64,000 nt of DNA, taken from Marsupella aquatica. Taxonomy: Eukaryota > Plantae > Marchantiophyta. Location of the stretch: the NCBI GenBank assembly GCA_973895155.1, contig OZ316896.1, positions 4,965,925 through 5,029,924 of the forward strand. The letters are read 5' to 3'. The notes beneath the pieces are model-generated. The model was not told where the DNA came from, made no database searches, and saw nothing but the letters and a program-made list of their open reading frames with translations. This document shows, in pieces, positions 37,303-50,687 of the stretch. How positions within the stretch are numbered: the first letter of the stretch is position 1; the number at the start of each line of letters is the position of its first letter. A program made the translations under genes and the position numbers.

Positions 37303-40286
37303 GTAAAGAGGTTGTTCCACAAAACTGTTGCTGCATTGAGGATTTCATTGCGGAATGACATTGTCCCAGAACAGATATTGTTGTGCAAATTATGTGCTTG
37401 AGTGAATAATAAATTATGATGGAAGAGATTAAAATGTAATAATTTTGGCATTGTTACAAAACTGTTATCATTTTAGTTACTAGTATTGTTGTTAAAGTAT
37501 TGTTGTCGGAGAGAGAATGTTAGAGCACGAAGATGCAAGGTGGGTGATAGCGATCATCGCATTGCGGAGTCCAAGCATGGTGGTGAGATAGGAATGAGTA
37601 TTTTAGTTTTCAGTTTTTTTTTATAAATATATATTTATTTAAAGTCTTCAAAATAGTCAATAATTTTCCAAATTTATTTTTGATTCACTATTTTTATCTT
37701 GAATAACTATTTTCATTTTGAGCTGGTTTTAGGCAGGTTAGGGTAGCTTGGATAGACATCTGAGTTAGGAGAGTATCTAGGTGGATCTGATGGCGCCAAA
37801 AATATTAGTTTTTGATCAAGGGGAGGATTCAATTTTTTTGTCTCATTTTGTAAACAAAGGATTGATGTTTTTTTTGGCAGGATAGGGTATTATTTTAATA
37901 GTGGCTGTGAAAAAAAAGCCCTCTTTGTGGACTGTACATAGCAAGAAAGCAAGTTGGAGGGCTTTAGTTTGAAAGTATCTTGCACAACATGCCTCAAATT
38001 AAATTAACAATTTCTAGGCCTGGTGCCTTTAGTGCGTATTGTGAGTTTGAACTGTGTACAGAACCTTCAGCCATTTCTGAGCAAAGTCATCTTGAAAGTA
38101 TGATGGAGTCTCACGAACCTATAAGCCATCTACGTGGCAGCGCTTGCAACGTCTTGAGATCTACCCTAGACCTCAGGATGCAAGTCTCTGAAGTGGTATA
38201 CAAATTTAAGACAACACTTATAAAATGTAGCCAATAGGCACAAGCATTCCTGCGTGGCCTAGAGAAGAATCTCATCAGGATATGATCTCAATGGCAAGAT
38301 GACCATACCTAGCCTGAGGTATGAAAGGACTCCAGGTACAAAAGTGTGGAAGAGTAGCAACTCTTCAAATGACCCATCATAAAATGAATAGATTCCATTT
38401 TTTTTGACCAAACCCACGTTATCAATGGTCAGCCCTCTTCTTTTTGGGAATGTTAGCAGTGGTGGTGAAACAAGGCCCTAGTTGTGGATACTTCTCATGT
38501 GAATGCTAGTTAGGGTCCTGTAATTGGGATATCAAATTTTGTGAAATTATTTATATGTAATTGTATTTCATCTCTTACAAATGCATTTTCTATTTTTTCC
38601 ATGCCAACCATTTGAAAACGTACCTATTCATATATAGACAGATGCGTTTTTCACCCATTTTAATATTTTAGTTTAATAGTTCATTTGAAAATGTATTTTA
38701 GAAAGATTGATTGTTTTTCTATCTATTTTCCATTTTCCATTTAGTTTCAATGATTCAACTATAATTTTTCCTTCACTCTATCTATGTTTTTTGCATTTCC
38801 TTTCACTCTATCTAAGGTGGGCTTTACAAGACAGTGGGGGCCGTTCAATGTCACTCCATCCAAAGCAAAGTTGATGGTCAGTTCCTTACACAAAAGTTAA
38901 AATGTCTGAGTCAAGATGTGTTAGGTCTAGAAATAATCAATGTAATTTGCTCCAGTTTTTTAGACCACCTCAAGAGGAGATCTAAGTTTTTGACAAAAAA
39001 GCTTGCACACATCAGCAAGGAAAGGGACCCACTGAGAGATGACTACTGTAGCGTTGATAATGGTTTTGATAATGATTGTGCCCCCAAGTTCATATGAACT
39101 GAAGTGTGGCCAGTTCACACATATTAATGGGTACTAATCTCACACTTATTAAAAAAAGAATGCCCAACTTCTTGCAAAACCACCCCAAGCATAATGGTCT
39201 GTCTCGGGACCATTACTAAGCCCTCCTCCAGCGCTTCTATTACTTTCTCTGGGTTACTCTGTGTCCGACTCCATTGCGAAGGAGTGAAGGACGATTATCG
39301 TAGACTGGAGAGTTGCAACTGTAAGCTTCTTTGGCCTTCTTCTCGTCGAGCTCGAACTCAATCTAGAATTCTAAAGAGAGTACTAACTGTAAGCTTCTTG
39401 GCCTTCTTCTTGTCAAGCTCGAGCTCGAGCTCAATCTAGAATTCTAGCTGCAGCTGCATTGACTCTCGAGAGAGGCGATGTCGATTCTCTTCTTTGCTCC
39501 TGCCGTGCTACAGTGAAGTGGTACCTCGTTCAGCTGACGGCGTGCCTGCTCCAGTGATAACGCGAATAGCTGCTCTGCCTGTCTGCCGCTAGCACAGTAG
39601 GGAGAGGAGGATTGGATTAAAAATTAGCTTTTACTGCTGATTTACAGTGTGCTGTGGCTTCAGATTGTGTGGTTTTCTTCGTTTTCTTCGTCTTCTTCTT
39701 CTCTTCCTGCTGCCACTGTCTGCTGTTTGCTCTAAATCTCGAGGGGTGAAGCAAAGCACTACATTGCGTCACACCTTGTCATCGTTTCTCCTGGACTCGC
39801 TTTTTCGTCAGCCGGCATGTAGTCTTGCTTTCGAGCTCTGGATGGATGCTTTGAGTCTAGCCCGTGCCATCGACTACCCCCGCCTGCGTCGTTTCTCCTT
39901 CACACGCAGACAGATAGACAATTAGGCAGATAGAGACCACCTCTCTTGGTATACGTTGGTCTTTGTTCACAGGCACACAGATAGACAAATTAGACAGATC
40001 GAGACCACTTTTCTTGGTATCAATTGGTCTTTGTTTACTTATAGCTGTCTGTACGTGTCGACCTTCTCGTGTCTAGTCAGTTGGCCCTCGTTCTCATTCT
40101 CAGGCGATCGTATTTGCTGTTCTCCATCTTGTGATTGATTGTAATTTGATTATTCTTTGTCGAGAAAAGTACTTAAGCTTAAGATCAGCTAAGAAATTGT
40201 AGTTTCTTTCAGTCTTTTACTTTTACATGGTACTGCGGCACTTCGTATTACAGTCTTCCTGGCCATCGGATGGCAATTTGTAGAAA

Positions 40287-40480
40287 CCAGGGTAGCAACC
40301 GTGGAATAAAGTTTTCTTGTAAGAGAGGGCTGTTCAATAAACTTTTAAACCTTTCTGGTTTTGCAACAAAGGAACTTGATGGAGTACCAGGGTAGCAATT
40401 GTGGAAAAAGGTTGTCTTGGAGAGAGGGCTTTCCAATAAACTTTGAAATCTCTCTGTTTTTGCAACAAAACTTGATGGAT
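40287..40480. repeat. ~100-bp diverged tandem duplication
   Basis: ccagggtagcaa..gtggaa...ttttgcaacaaa..aacttgatgga occurs twice. Confidence 0.8.
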
Positions 40481-41295
40481 ATGAACACATGTCCTGAAGT
40501 ATTACAAAGTGCATGTCCTGAATCATCACAAAGTATTGCCGCACCTTGATGCAGAAAATACATCTGTTATCAGAGCTATCAAAGATTTCTGGCTCAGTCT
40601 AGATTCAATTGTTGTAAACGAGCTTTTTGGGCTCAATCTAGACTCATTGCTTGCTACAAAGAAGTACGTATCCAAGTTGGTCCCAGGAAGAAGTTCATTT
40701 TGGTTCCAGGAAGAATCGCTGTCAAGTCCACCACAATCCCACACTTGTGAGAATGCAGCCCCAACCTTCTTAGCTGCTAACCTACAAATATCTGTGCCGA
40801 GTCCAATACTGAATTAAAACCAGCTGTGGTGACAGCGAAACAAAATCCCTCCAGGATTCCTGTCCCTGTGTCACAGCATCCAATGTGGTCTTGCTCATTG
40901 CCCATGACTCTATCATGCTAGTTGTGAGAAGGGCTTCCTGGAGGCATACAATGTGGATTTCAAGAATAGGGAAGGCATGAACCAGCACATCAGTCTCTTC
41001 CGAGAAACCATCTTATGACATGGACATGTGACTGTCCAGAATCTAGATCAAATCATTGGTATTTATACGTATTGTACAAAGATAACAAACGAGAACCCCG
41101 CTTCACCCGACTCTTCCGGGACTAACATCCCAAGTCCCTCTTTACACTACTAGAGGCATTGAACCCCTGTCCACTGCAAGAGTTGAAAACATTCTTCAAA
41201 CTCCATTTCCTCACAATATACATGAATCACACCCAAATAACAATCCTTGCATAAATTATTAGAGCCATCAGAGATAGAGAGACTGCAACCTGCTT

Positions 41296-44200
41296 CTACG
41301 AGGGCGGTTGTTGCTGCCTGTTCTGTCCAAAGTTACCCTGTGCCGGATTGTTAAACATGTTCATGTAGTTTGTTTGAGGAAGCTGCTGTTGTTGCAATGG
41401 CAACCCTAAGTTTGATGAATTTTGGGGCAACTGTGTTCCGGTCCCTGTGCCCCCTACAATGCACAACGGACAAGATCAAAACACTGGCAAATATGTCCCT
41501 GCTGAATGATAATGTCACAACTGAATAATCATAGGAGACATGCATTCAATGTGAAAATCAAGAGACTCAGATGCGTTAAAAATCAGGCCGTCAACAACGT
41601 GATCACTCCTACATTTCTCCCGAGGGTGTCACTGTCTTGATTTCACTGTCTGTCTACAAGACACAAAGCAATACAATAATGAAAAGAATATCTTATTTAG
41701 CATGTAGTCCTCTCATCAGTATGAAAAGATGAGCCCATAGTCAAGGTGGTGGCTACTTTACATGAATCTGAGAGCATTGATGAAGCATTCTGCTTGGGTT
41801 GATTTGCAGAGAGTTGGTTTGTACCTAGATTTCCCTGTTGCAACTGTACAAATCAAAGGGAGGAATGAGGAGGTCAGAGGGACCCTATCTTACCGTAGGA
41901 TGAGAGAATAACAGAGATAAGAGAATCAGCTTAAGCCGATTTGTCTCACGTCCTAATCCCATCAGAAGTAATAGGATAACTAACACATGCAGGCAAACCT
42001 TCTCAGTGCAAGGCCAATGCTTTTACCCCTTCATGCCTACCAAAAGCCACCCCCTTTGACAGGAAGGCCAAGGGTGGTCACATATCTAGAAGAGAAATGC
42101 TATTTGAGATCACGCTCAGCTGTGATGTCTGGTGGTGTAAGCAATCTAGTGACACATTCACTTCACAAAGACCCAATAAAAGAAAATTAGGAAAAAGGAG
42201 GCCACCTGCTGCAGCCGTTGTTGAAACAATGTTTGGGACTGCACTGGTTGACTCATCGAGCCCATCTGACCAAGAAAACACGTTAGTCGATTGACTCTCC
42301 TTGGCTCAACACATGCAATGCAGGATTTCAAAGAATCATAAAGCCCCTAATTCTGCGGCTGCAAATCAACTATGCTTCTGTTTGTTAGAAGAGGGAGGAA
42401 CTCACCACATTTGATGTCAACAGACTTTGGGTTCCGGAGGCGTATATATTTGACATTGGAGAACCCTGCTGACCCATCTGTGGCCTGACTTGGCTCCCTT
42501 GCTGTACTGTATTTTGGGCTGCCTGAAGTTGAGATGATTGCAGCTGTTGCTGGAGATTCTGTTGCTGCTGTTGCAATGCATGCCGCTCCTGCACAGCGCC
42601 AATATAACTTGATTTGAATTTTTCTTTCAGAGCGACTTAGAGGATGCAAATAGCAGGATGAAGGACTCGAGTAGTCTTGGAAATTTGCCTGAATTTGGAG
42701 GACTTGCTGCTGCATAAGCTGTTGCTGTTGGTGCTGAGCCAACTGCTGCGTGAGACGATTCTGGTCACAAATATTCTAAATAAGCAATCACACACAGTGT
42801 CTCTCCAAAGCCTTTCTTGATCCTAAACAACGTGACACGTATGCCAGTAACATCAAAATCAACCGCTCTAAGTGTTCCGACTTGTGCGTGTTTGTGCGCC
42901 CGTGCCCATGCCCATGCCCGTGACAAACAAAAACTATTAGGCTTGTTCGGAGATATTAAAAACATCTAAGAAAAAGAAAATCGGAAACATCATATATCCA
43001 CAAATTTGGGCGTGAACCCACACAGAGTAAATACATGGATAAATAAATAATCCACCCAAAGAGAATCAGGTTATCATCAATTCCCATTAATTCATTCAAG
43101 GAACATTGCAACCTGATTCTGCTGCTGTAGCTGTTGTTTTTGTTGCTGCAAAAGAGGTTGTGCTACTTGTGATTGCAGTTGGGCCCCAACCTGAGCCCGA
43201 AGGTACAAAAAGGCTTGTTAGCATCCCAGCTATTCATGCACACACCTCCATACACTGTCAGATTAAAACTTAAGGGTAACGGAGATGGCCGAACACTTCA
43301 TATCTTAATACTACTTCAGGTTTGTCACGAATTTAAAGTTTGTCCATTCGTACCTTACTCCTGCCCCTTTTGGTCTCACCCTATTAATACGAACTCCCTC
43401 TCTACTCTCTCTCCCTCCCTCTTACGATTATGTGAGGAAATTACAGCACTTCCGAAGCTGCAGCAGCATCTGAAGCAAACCTTTTGAGCAAAAGATTTGT
43501 CACCCAACAAGGTCAAACAGCGGCAAACCTGCGGAATGGGAGGAGTTGAGGGATGTCTCAGCTGCTGCTGTTGTTGTTGTGGTTGCTGCTGCTGCTGATG
43601 TTGCTGTTGCTGTTGCTGTTGTTGTAACTGTGCCTGCAGCTGTTGCCTCTGGAGCTGCTGTTGGTGAACTTTTGTTCTTTGCAGCAACGCAGCTTGTGAC
43701 TGCTGTGATTGGGACTGCTGGGGAGAAGAGACATTGAAGTTATTCCCACCCGACCTGGGGGAATTGACCATGTAAGGCATTTGCGGGGTAGACGAGCCTG
43801 TTATTCCAACAATTCCTGTCCCAGTAGACTGTGTAGGAGTTTGAACACGAGATGGAAGCTGGTTTGCCTGCAGTTTAAAAGTCCGAGTTAAACTCAAAGC
43901 CTACTCAAATCCTTGTTTTCAAACAGGAAAAAAAGTGAAGCCCCATCACATATACGCATTTCCAAACAGCCCAAGCTAAAGCAACAAAAGGGAGCGATCC
44001 GTCACAGGAAGCATCTAGCTAGAATTAACAAGCTTCTAAGACTCATATCCGATTGAGAATCACAGAACCTGCTGTTGAACGTTTGAACGTAGTCCAGTCG
44101 GAGGCAGAACAGGGGCAGCTGCTTTTAAATAGCCTGTCCGTCCATAGTTGTTACATCACAAACATGGATATTGAAGTAGCAAACAGTCCAACATCTAACA

Positions 44201-46980
44201 CGCCAGAAACAAATGTGGCCTCCACAGCTTTCTCAAGGCATTATTAGCAGAAGATAAACTACCAAAGCAACATAGGTTATGCAGAATCAATTTCTTCTGG
44301 TACATTTCCAACTCAAACGATAACATAGTATAATTGCCAAGGCAAGAGCACAACTGATCTTTATCCAATCTTAATTGGTCATCATCACAGCTCTTCATCC
44401 TCCAAGGTTACCTCCATCTGCTCCTGGATATGTTGAGGGTCGCCCATCTCTAGTAGTAGCAAATGCAGCTGATAAGTGTGGAGGGAGAATTGTAGGTTGC
44501 TGGTGCTGGTCGCCTGGTATTCTTAGACCTGATTCAATCCCATTCGACTGTGATTACCCCAGTAATAGTCTCAGGGTAGTACCCATGTAACTATCGCAAA
44601 TACTATTACTTTCTAGAATGAAGCATGGATATCCATATACCCAAGACAACCCGTGAGACGGGGTTTGACATTACTGTCAGCTCAAATATTCAACCTAGAA
44701 AACGTACTCGAATTTGAAGCACTTTCAGTGTCCCAATGATGACAGATTCACTGGACCTCAGTTGGCCAATCAATCATTCTCTGAGTAAATCTAAACCGGA
44801 CCTACCTTCCCCAAAGTTAGTTGCCGCCCGGAGCAACTTCTCTTGCTCATTAATGCGAGTTATGAGAAGTTTGTCCAGAGTAGGAACAGGAAAAGGCCCT
44901 TGCCTGGTGCCCAATCCATAAACCTTGCGGGCTTTGGTGATAACCTCTTCAGCAACATCACATGCTGATCGAACTGCTTCTATTTGCCTCTGAAGCGCAT
45001 GACCAGTTCAAGCTACACGATTAGGAAAAATATCGTAAGTTCAAAATTATGATCTGTAAACATAAACATCTCATTTTCGGAGGCGCCAGAAGTACTTGGA
45101 CATTTATGACCAGCCAAAAATTCCCCTCTCTGGGAAGTACTCTAGCAACAGCAAAGAGAGTTTTAAATCCTGTGAGGTCTACAAAAAACAGCTCAGAAAA
45201 TTAAAAGACAGAACCTAGTTGCTGAAGAAACAGAATGACCTGCTGGAGTACACTTAATTTAAGATTCCTCCGAGGTCGTTAGAATTCCCATTGACCATCA
45301 ACGTAGCAAAAAGTGTTCAGTTGCTGACATTTATCAAGGACATTCGGCCCAGCGCTCTGGCCTCAAGAATGAAAGTCAAACTAACAGGCCTTAAGAACAA
45401 GCCTTTGCGTTGTCATCTGAGGCAGGATCCCCTTCCATTTTGTCTGTAGATCCTGACTAATCACGTGCCTCAGAAGTGTTGAATACCTGCAATTTATCTG
45501 TCTGCAGAGGAATGGGAAGATTTGCTATCCCCCCTAGAATCTGCTCTTTCATGGCTGCTTCTTCTGCTTCCATTTCCGGCAAAAGCTTGGATGACAACAT
45601 AATGGGTAGAACTGCCCACAGCCCAAAATTTCAGTACCCTCTCAAAACGCCCATTTCCACAACTATCAATTTGACCATTTTAAGCTAAAGACCGGGACGT
45701 TACTAAAAACTCATTTGATTGCTTTCTACCCGAGCTTTCCTTACTTCATGATACATTACATTCGTCCACTGAATTAAGAGGTATGCAAATTTGAGATTAA
45801 GATATTAAATATTCTAAAGCCTTAGAGTCTGAATTTCTTGCCTTCACACCCTGTACTACTCTTCAGACACTCCATGATAACGTTGGCCACCTCGAGCATA
45901 CGATTGAGGGCCAATTGTCTCCAAAAAGCAATTGGTGATCTCTCATGTACAACTCTCACGCTGGAATTTCGTTCCTTGCCAATTATTTCAATGATCACGT
46001 AGAATATGCAAATGTGCCTAGTTGTCCTCACTGTTTAGGTTGAAGCGCGCGTACAGATGTTCCTACGATCTTCTTACGAAATGAACAAGCTCAAGTCAAG
46101 GTCAAACTTTTATGCCCTCAACACTTCCCCGTAACATCTCCAGTTATTCTGCATAGACCAATGCCTTTCGATTGTTCCACGTGGTCCTTGGCACTTTCAA
46201 CTCACTTATTAAAAAGTTTACTTCTCCATATTCAATCTCGTTCAAAGCATCTTCCCTCTAAAATCCTCACTTCGCAATAACAGTATAGGGAGAATATCAT
46301 CACAGCCAGCACCTTTACTTACTTGGTGCATTCTCTGCATTAACGTTCTTCGGATAAACGACATACATCTTCAGAATTGGCTTGATGTCATCAACGAGGT
46401 TCAGCAGCTCCACATTGACCATTGCAAACTGGTCCAAAACTTCCGACCTGACACCATGACGAGCATCAGGGCCCCGAATAAAGACAAGGCATTGGAGCTT
46501 GAAATCAATAAAAACGCTTCATTAGTTCTCCTGCGGAATAAACATTCCCGAACTTGTTTCAAAGAAATTCCACAAAAATCTGTATCACCATCAGAAATAG
46601 TGAAAATACCATCCCAACACAAATTCGAGCAAAGTTCTCGTCAGACTAGCAAATCACTCTACTTTTGTAGAAGCGCAAAATAGAATCCATTGCAGTTGAT
46701 CATTAGGTCGAACGGGCATGCCGAACGACACAGAATGGCCAAATTGATAGCATTAAGTGGTTACAAGTACAAAATAATACCATTTGGTGGGAGGATTGGC
46801 GTGAAAGGAGTGCAGGATCCTCGTTATAGCTGTGTGAAGACCCTGTGTGCGTGCCCTCAACGACGTCATATTGAGTTGTTGCAACACCGGCGCAATATCT
46901 CCCTTCGCCCCAGGCTGCTGCTGCTGCTGCGCCTGGCCTTGCGAGTCGAGCTGCTGCCCTAGCCCTAGTTGAGTCGCCAT
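41296..46980 (-). CDS. MED8: Mediator of RNA polymerase II transcription subunit 8, about 590 aa with Q-rich C-terminus
   Basis: Predicted exons 46980-46781, 46447-46323, 45611-45487, 44989-44806, 44528-44412, 44133-44069, 43867-43529, 43190-43113, 42745-42689, 42588-42406, 42265-42206, 41843-41762, 41453-41296 (1773 nt, phase-consistent). Plant MED8 motifs: TKWSEVLDQFAMVNVELLNLVDDIK, VVYPKNVNAENA, ILPIMLSSKLLPEME, YGLGTRQGP..PTLDK..EQEKLLRAA. The 3' exons are less certain. Confidence 0.92.
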
Positions 46981-47399
46981 CTCCTCTTTCTTTCTCTAGC
47001 GCCCTCGACCTCCAAAAATTCAGGACTTCCAATCTCACCAGAGTTCAGGACTCCAAAATCTATTCTAAATTTCTTTCTCACTGCGATCTTCGAACCGTGG
47101 CGATTTTTCAAATTTGCTCAGACCCACAACTCCCGCCCTGTGGGCGTCTTCCTTCCTCCAGCTCTCTAGCTGCTCTCTGCCTCGTCGCTCCGACTGAGTT
47201 CTTCGCCATTGCATTCATGATAAATTGAGGAGTCTTCTCTGATTTCCGCCGCCCGGCCAATCTGCTCTGCCCTCCTTTCCTGAGTAGTAACCATGAATTT
47301 GCTTGCTCCTTCATGCCATCGCGTCCATCAATTGACTCGAGTATCTCTTCTTCGCGATTATTTTTATCCCTCTGTTCTCAATGACTCTTGCTCTTTTCT

Positions 47400-48060
47400 G
47401 TGCAGTCCACCGTTCTGAAGTGCACTGTGGATACCTGCATTCCGTCGTGCATAAGTGCATTGCATGATCATGTGGACTGCATTACATCCGTCTTGAGTGA
47501 GTGCAATTCCATGAATTATGTGGATAAGTGCATTCAATGGATTATGCGGATAAGTGCATTCTATTGTGCATATGCATTGCATGGATTAGCATTGTTTTCC
47601 ATGGTGTAAGTGCATTCCATGGAGTACTTGGATAAGTGTGTTCTGTCATTCATATTGCATTCAATGGTATGTGGGTAAGCGTGTGTTCCGTCATGCACAA
47701 GTGCATTACTTGGATTATGTGGGTGGCATTGTATTTGTGCATAAGTGCATTCCGTGGTAAAGTGGATTTTGTCGTGCGTAGTGCATTCATTGTATTATAT
47801 GGATAAGTGCAATCCATCATGCACAAGTGCATTACTTGGATTATGTGGGTGGCATTGTACTTGTGCATAAGTGCATTCCATGGAGTACGTGGTAAAGTGA
47901 ATTCTGTAGTGCTTAGTGTATTCAATGGATTATGTGGATCAGAGCATTCCATCATGCATAAGTGCATTAGATGGATTATGTGGATGACTGCAATTTGTCG
48001 TGCATAAGTGCATTCCACGGATTATGTGGATAACTGACATTTCTTGGGTAAGTGCAGGTG
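47400..48060. repeat. Degenerate minisatellite (~45-bp unit from ATAAGTGCATT subunits, ~130-bp higher-order repeat)
   Basis: Repeated gcataagtgcattccatggattatgtggataagtgcatt. The block tcatgcacaagtgcattacttggattatgtgggtggcattgta.ttgtgcataagtgcattcc occurs at about 47691 and 47817. Confidence 0.9.
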
Positions 48061-48206
48061 CGATCATGTACCATACTGCCGGTTGACACAAAAAAAATGT
48101 ACATTTTATGAATATCTTGAGCATCTTGATGTAAACACAGACTGTTCAATGTGTATGTTATCTTTAAAATTAAAAACTAAAACAGGAGAGTAACTTTATG
48201 GTGTTA

Positions 48207-48432
48207 TGCAGGTCTGTCGTGTAGTCCCTATGCATAAGTGTATTGTCGATAAGTGCCTTCCATGGATTAGTGCAGATCCATCCTGTAGTCCCTATGCATA
48301 AGTGCATTGTGGACAAGTGCCTTTTGTGGAGTGCAGGTCTCTCCTATAGTCCCTGTGCATAAGTGCATTGTGGATAAGTGCCTTCCATGGATTAGTACAG
48401 GTCTATCCCATAGTCCCTGTGAATAAGTGCAG
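48207..48432. repeat. ~63-bp tandem repeat, about 3.5 copies, related to the adjacent minisatellite
   Basis: tgcaggtct...tagtccct(a/g)tgcataagtgcattgtggataagtgccttccatggattag starting at about 48207, 48271, 48333 and 48396. Confidence 0.9.
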
Positions 48433-49247
48433 GCTGATCATGAATCTGTAGTTATTTAAACTTACAGCTTTTTTTAATGCAATTCCACAACAATGTTCCC
48501 CAAAGTCATGGAGTTACTTTGCAAATATCAATGTCCTTTGTAAAAAATTGCAATGCCTTTGTGAAATTGAGTTCAATTTTTTTTTAGAGTTGAGCAAACT
48601 ACTTGAGGCATTGTGAGTACAATGTGAAACTCTCACTCTACTTGCACTTCATTTTACTACAGAGGTCCCATTTTACAGAATTCTAGAAAAATGGGATGGA
48701 GTCATCTGGGAACTTGGGAGAAGAGTAGTCAGTGGCAGGGTTAGTGGGTGCGCAACTTGCCATCATTAGTGATCTGGCCACTTATTGGGTGCTTTGTGGA
48801 CAGAACAGTTCAGTTGCATTCTAGTCCATCCAGGTTTGACTTGTCCATGGGGGTTTGAGAGACACCGTTCCATCCGGGCTCTAACTTCTTTTTACGCAAC
48901 CATATAATAATCATTATTGTCACAAGCCTGAATGCCCATTTGTTGATAGAAATCATGGCAAAAAGCTAGCATGCATGACATCATTTGACATACATCATAC
49001 CCACGAGTTTTCCATCTACATGGTGGGGCCATAGAGTTATGTCTAGAGGCTTCACTCTAGAAACCTGGACCCCAGGCAACTCTAGCTTGGGGTTCACGTT
49101 TTATAAGTAAGATTTCTTTATGGCCAAAAGCTATCATCAGTGAAGCTTTAAGAAACTCTATTGTATCTAAAAGGCCCATGTCTTAGCGCTATCCAGAATC
49201 ACATATAACCTTGAACAGAACAGCCGTCTGGTCGATCAAAGATAAAG

Positions 49248-49562
49248 TATCTGGAAAGCAAAAAGCGGGATGACCTCCATTACATAGTCAACATGTGGGT
49301 CTCCTGTTAGGGTCTTTGGAGACCCCTTTTCCTTGTGATTTTGATAAGTTTAATTTTGTGTTGAGTTCATCTCTTATATAATAAGGGATCTCTCTTAGAA
49401 CAACCTGCTCTTCAAAGATATTGTATCTGGAGAGCAAAAGAAGGGTGACCCTCCAATACATAGTCAACACCTGGGTCTCCTTCTTGGATTTTTGGAGACC
49501 CCTTTTACAAGTTATTTTGATGAATTTTGGGTTCATCTCGTCTCTTATATAATAAGGGGATC
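49248..49562. repeat. ~140-bp diverged direct duplication
   Basis: gtatctgga.agcaaaa...tacatagtcaaca..tgggtctcct...ttggagacccc...tctcttatataataaggg at about 49248-49390 and 49423-49562. Confidence 0.8.
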
Positions 49563-50151
49563 AGCGGGTGCATAAAAGACCATCCAGATCAGGGGGAGCA
49601 CTCTTCTTGTTAATGTTGAGCATAGACGACATTTGCAACTGCAAGCCCATGAACCATCCAACGTACAAGAGTCGACACAGAGAGATACGTGGTTCACCTC
49701 CACATGAGGCTACGTCCACGGGAACACACAAGAGCTTTACTGCACTCTAGGCAGAACGGCCATACCAAGCATCCACAACACAAGCTCTCCTTATCTCTCA
49801 ACTAGCTCCGTAACAATGAGCCTAAGTTCCACCAGGGTCTGGCATCAGCCCTGGCTATATCCACAACAACACTACCGCTAACATTAGCTAAGTCCTAACC
49901 TGAGTTAGCCTAATTGTGGTTAGCTCATGAGTCACAAGACTAGAGCAATATCTAACAAACTCCCCCTTGACTCTTGTCTTGGGAACTGGACTAATTGTAA
50001 CCATATGGAATCCTCAGCGGGAAGTTCTAGACAATCACCTAAACAGGTCTCCCCCTAAAACCACAAGGGTTAACTAGAACTAAGCCGTAGCCAAACTGGA
50101 ATGAGTAATCCATATATAAAGAGTCACACATTGCTAAATAACTTATTTGCA

Positions 50152-50451
50152 CTACAACTGCAAAACCTGCAAAGTAGCACGGTGTCTTGAGAAACTCTCC
50201 AAAGGAATCACTTTGGTAAAGGCATCAGCGGGATTGAGCTTTCCATCAATCTTGACTAGCTCAAAAGTTTTATCAGACACTGCTTGCCTGATAAAATGAT
50301 ACCTGATATCAATGTGCTTCACCCTGCTATCCGTCACCTGGTTAGCAACCAAGTGAAGAGCACTCTGACTATCACAGTTTAGAGACATTTTGCCATGCTC
50401 TAAACCCATCTTCGTGATCAACTTGTCCAACCAAATTGCTTCCCTTGCTGC
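50152..50451 (-). pseudogene. Copia RNase H C-terminal fragment
   Basis: AAREAIWL..LNCDSQSALHLVANQVTDSRVKHIDIRYHFIR..NPADAFTK. Confidence 0.93.
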
Positions 50452-50687
50452 ACGCCGCACCGGTGATCATACCGGTGATACTAGTTCCTCCTCAAACAGT
50501 AGCAGCTCCTCCTCAGACTCACCGTCTGATCGTCGCGATCTTGAAGCTCCACCGACGCCAATTCTTCCAGTATTCTCTGAGTCACTCATATGAAACAATC
50601 ACAAAAAAGCAACTTTTTTTGAAACTTCTCATAAAACTCAAAACTCAACACCGCCGCGTAGCCCACAAAGCTAGGAGTCCAATACTG

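Noticed and set aside
47400-48432. CRISPR-like array
   Set aside because: The units are degenerate, the intervening sequences are related to each other rather than unique spacers, the context is eukaryotic and there are no cas genes.
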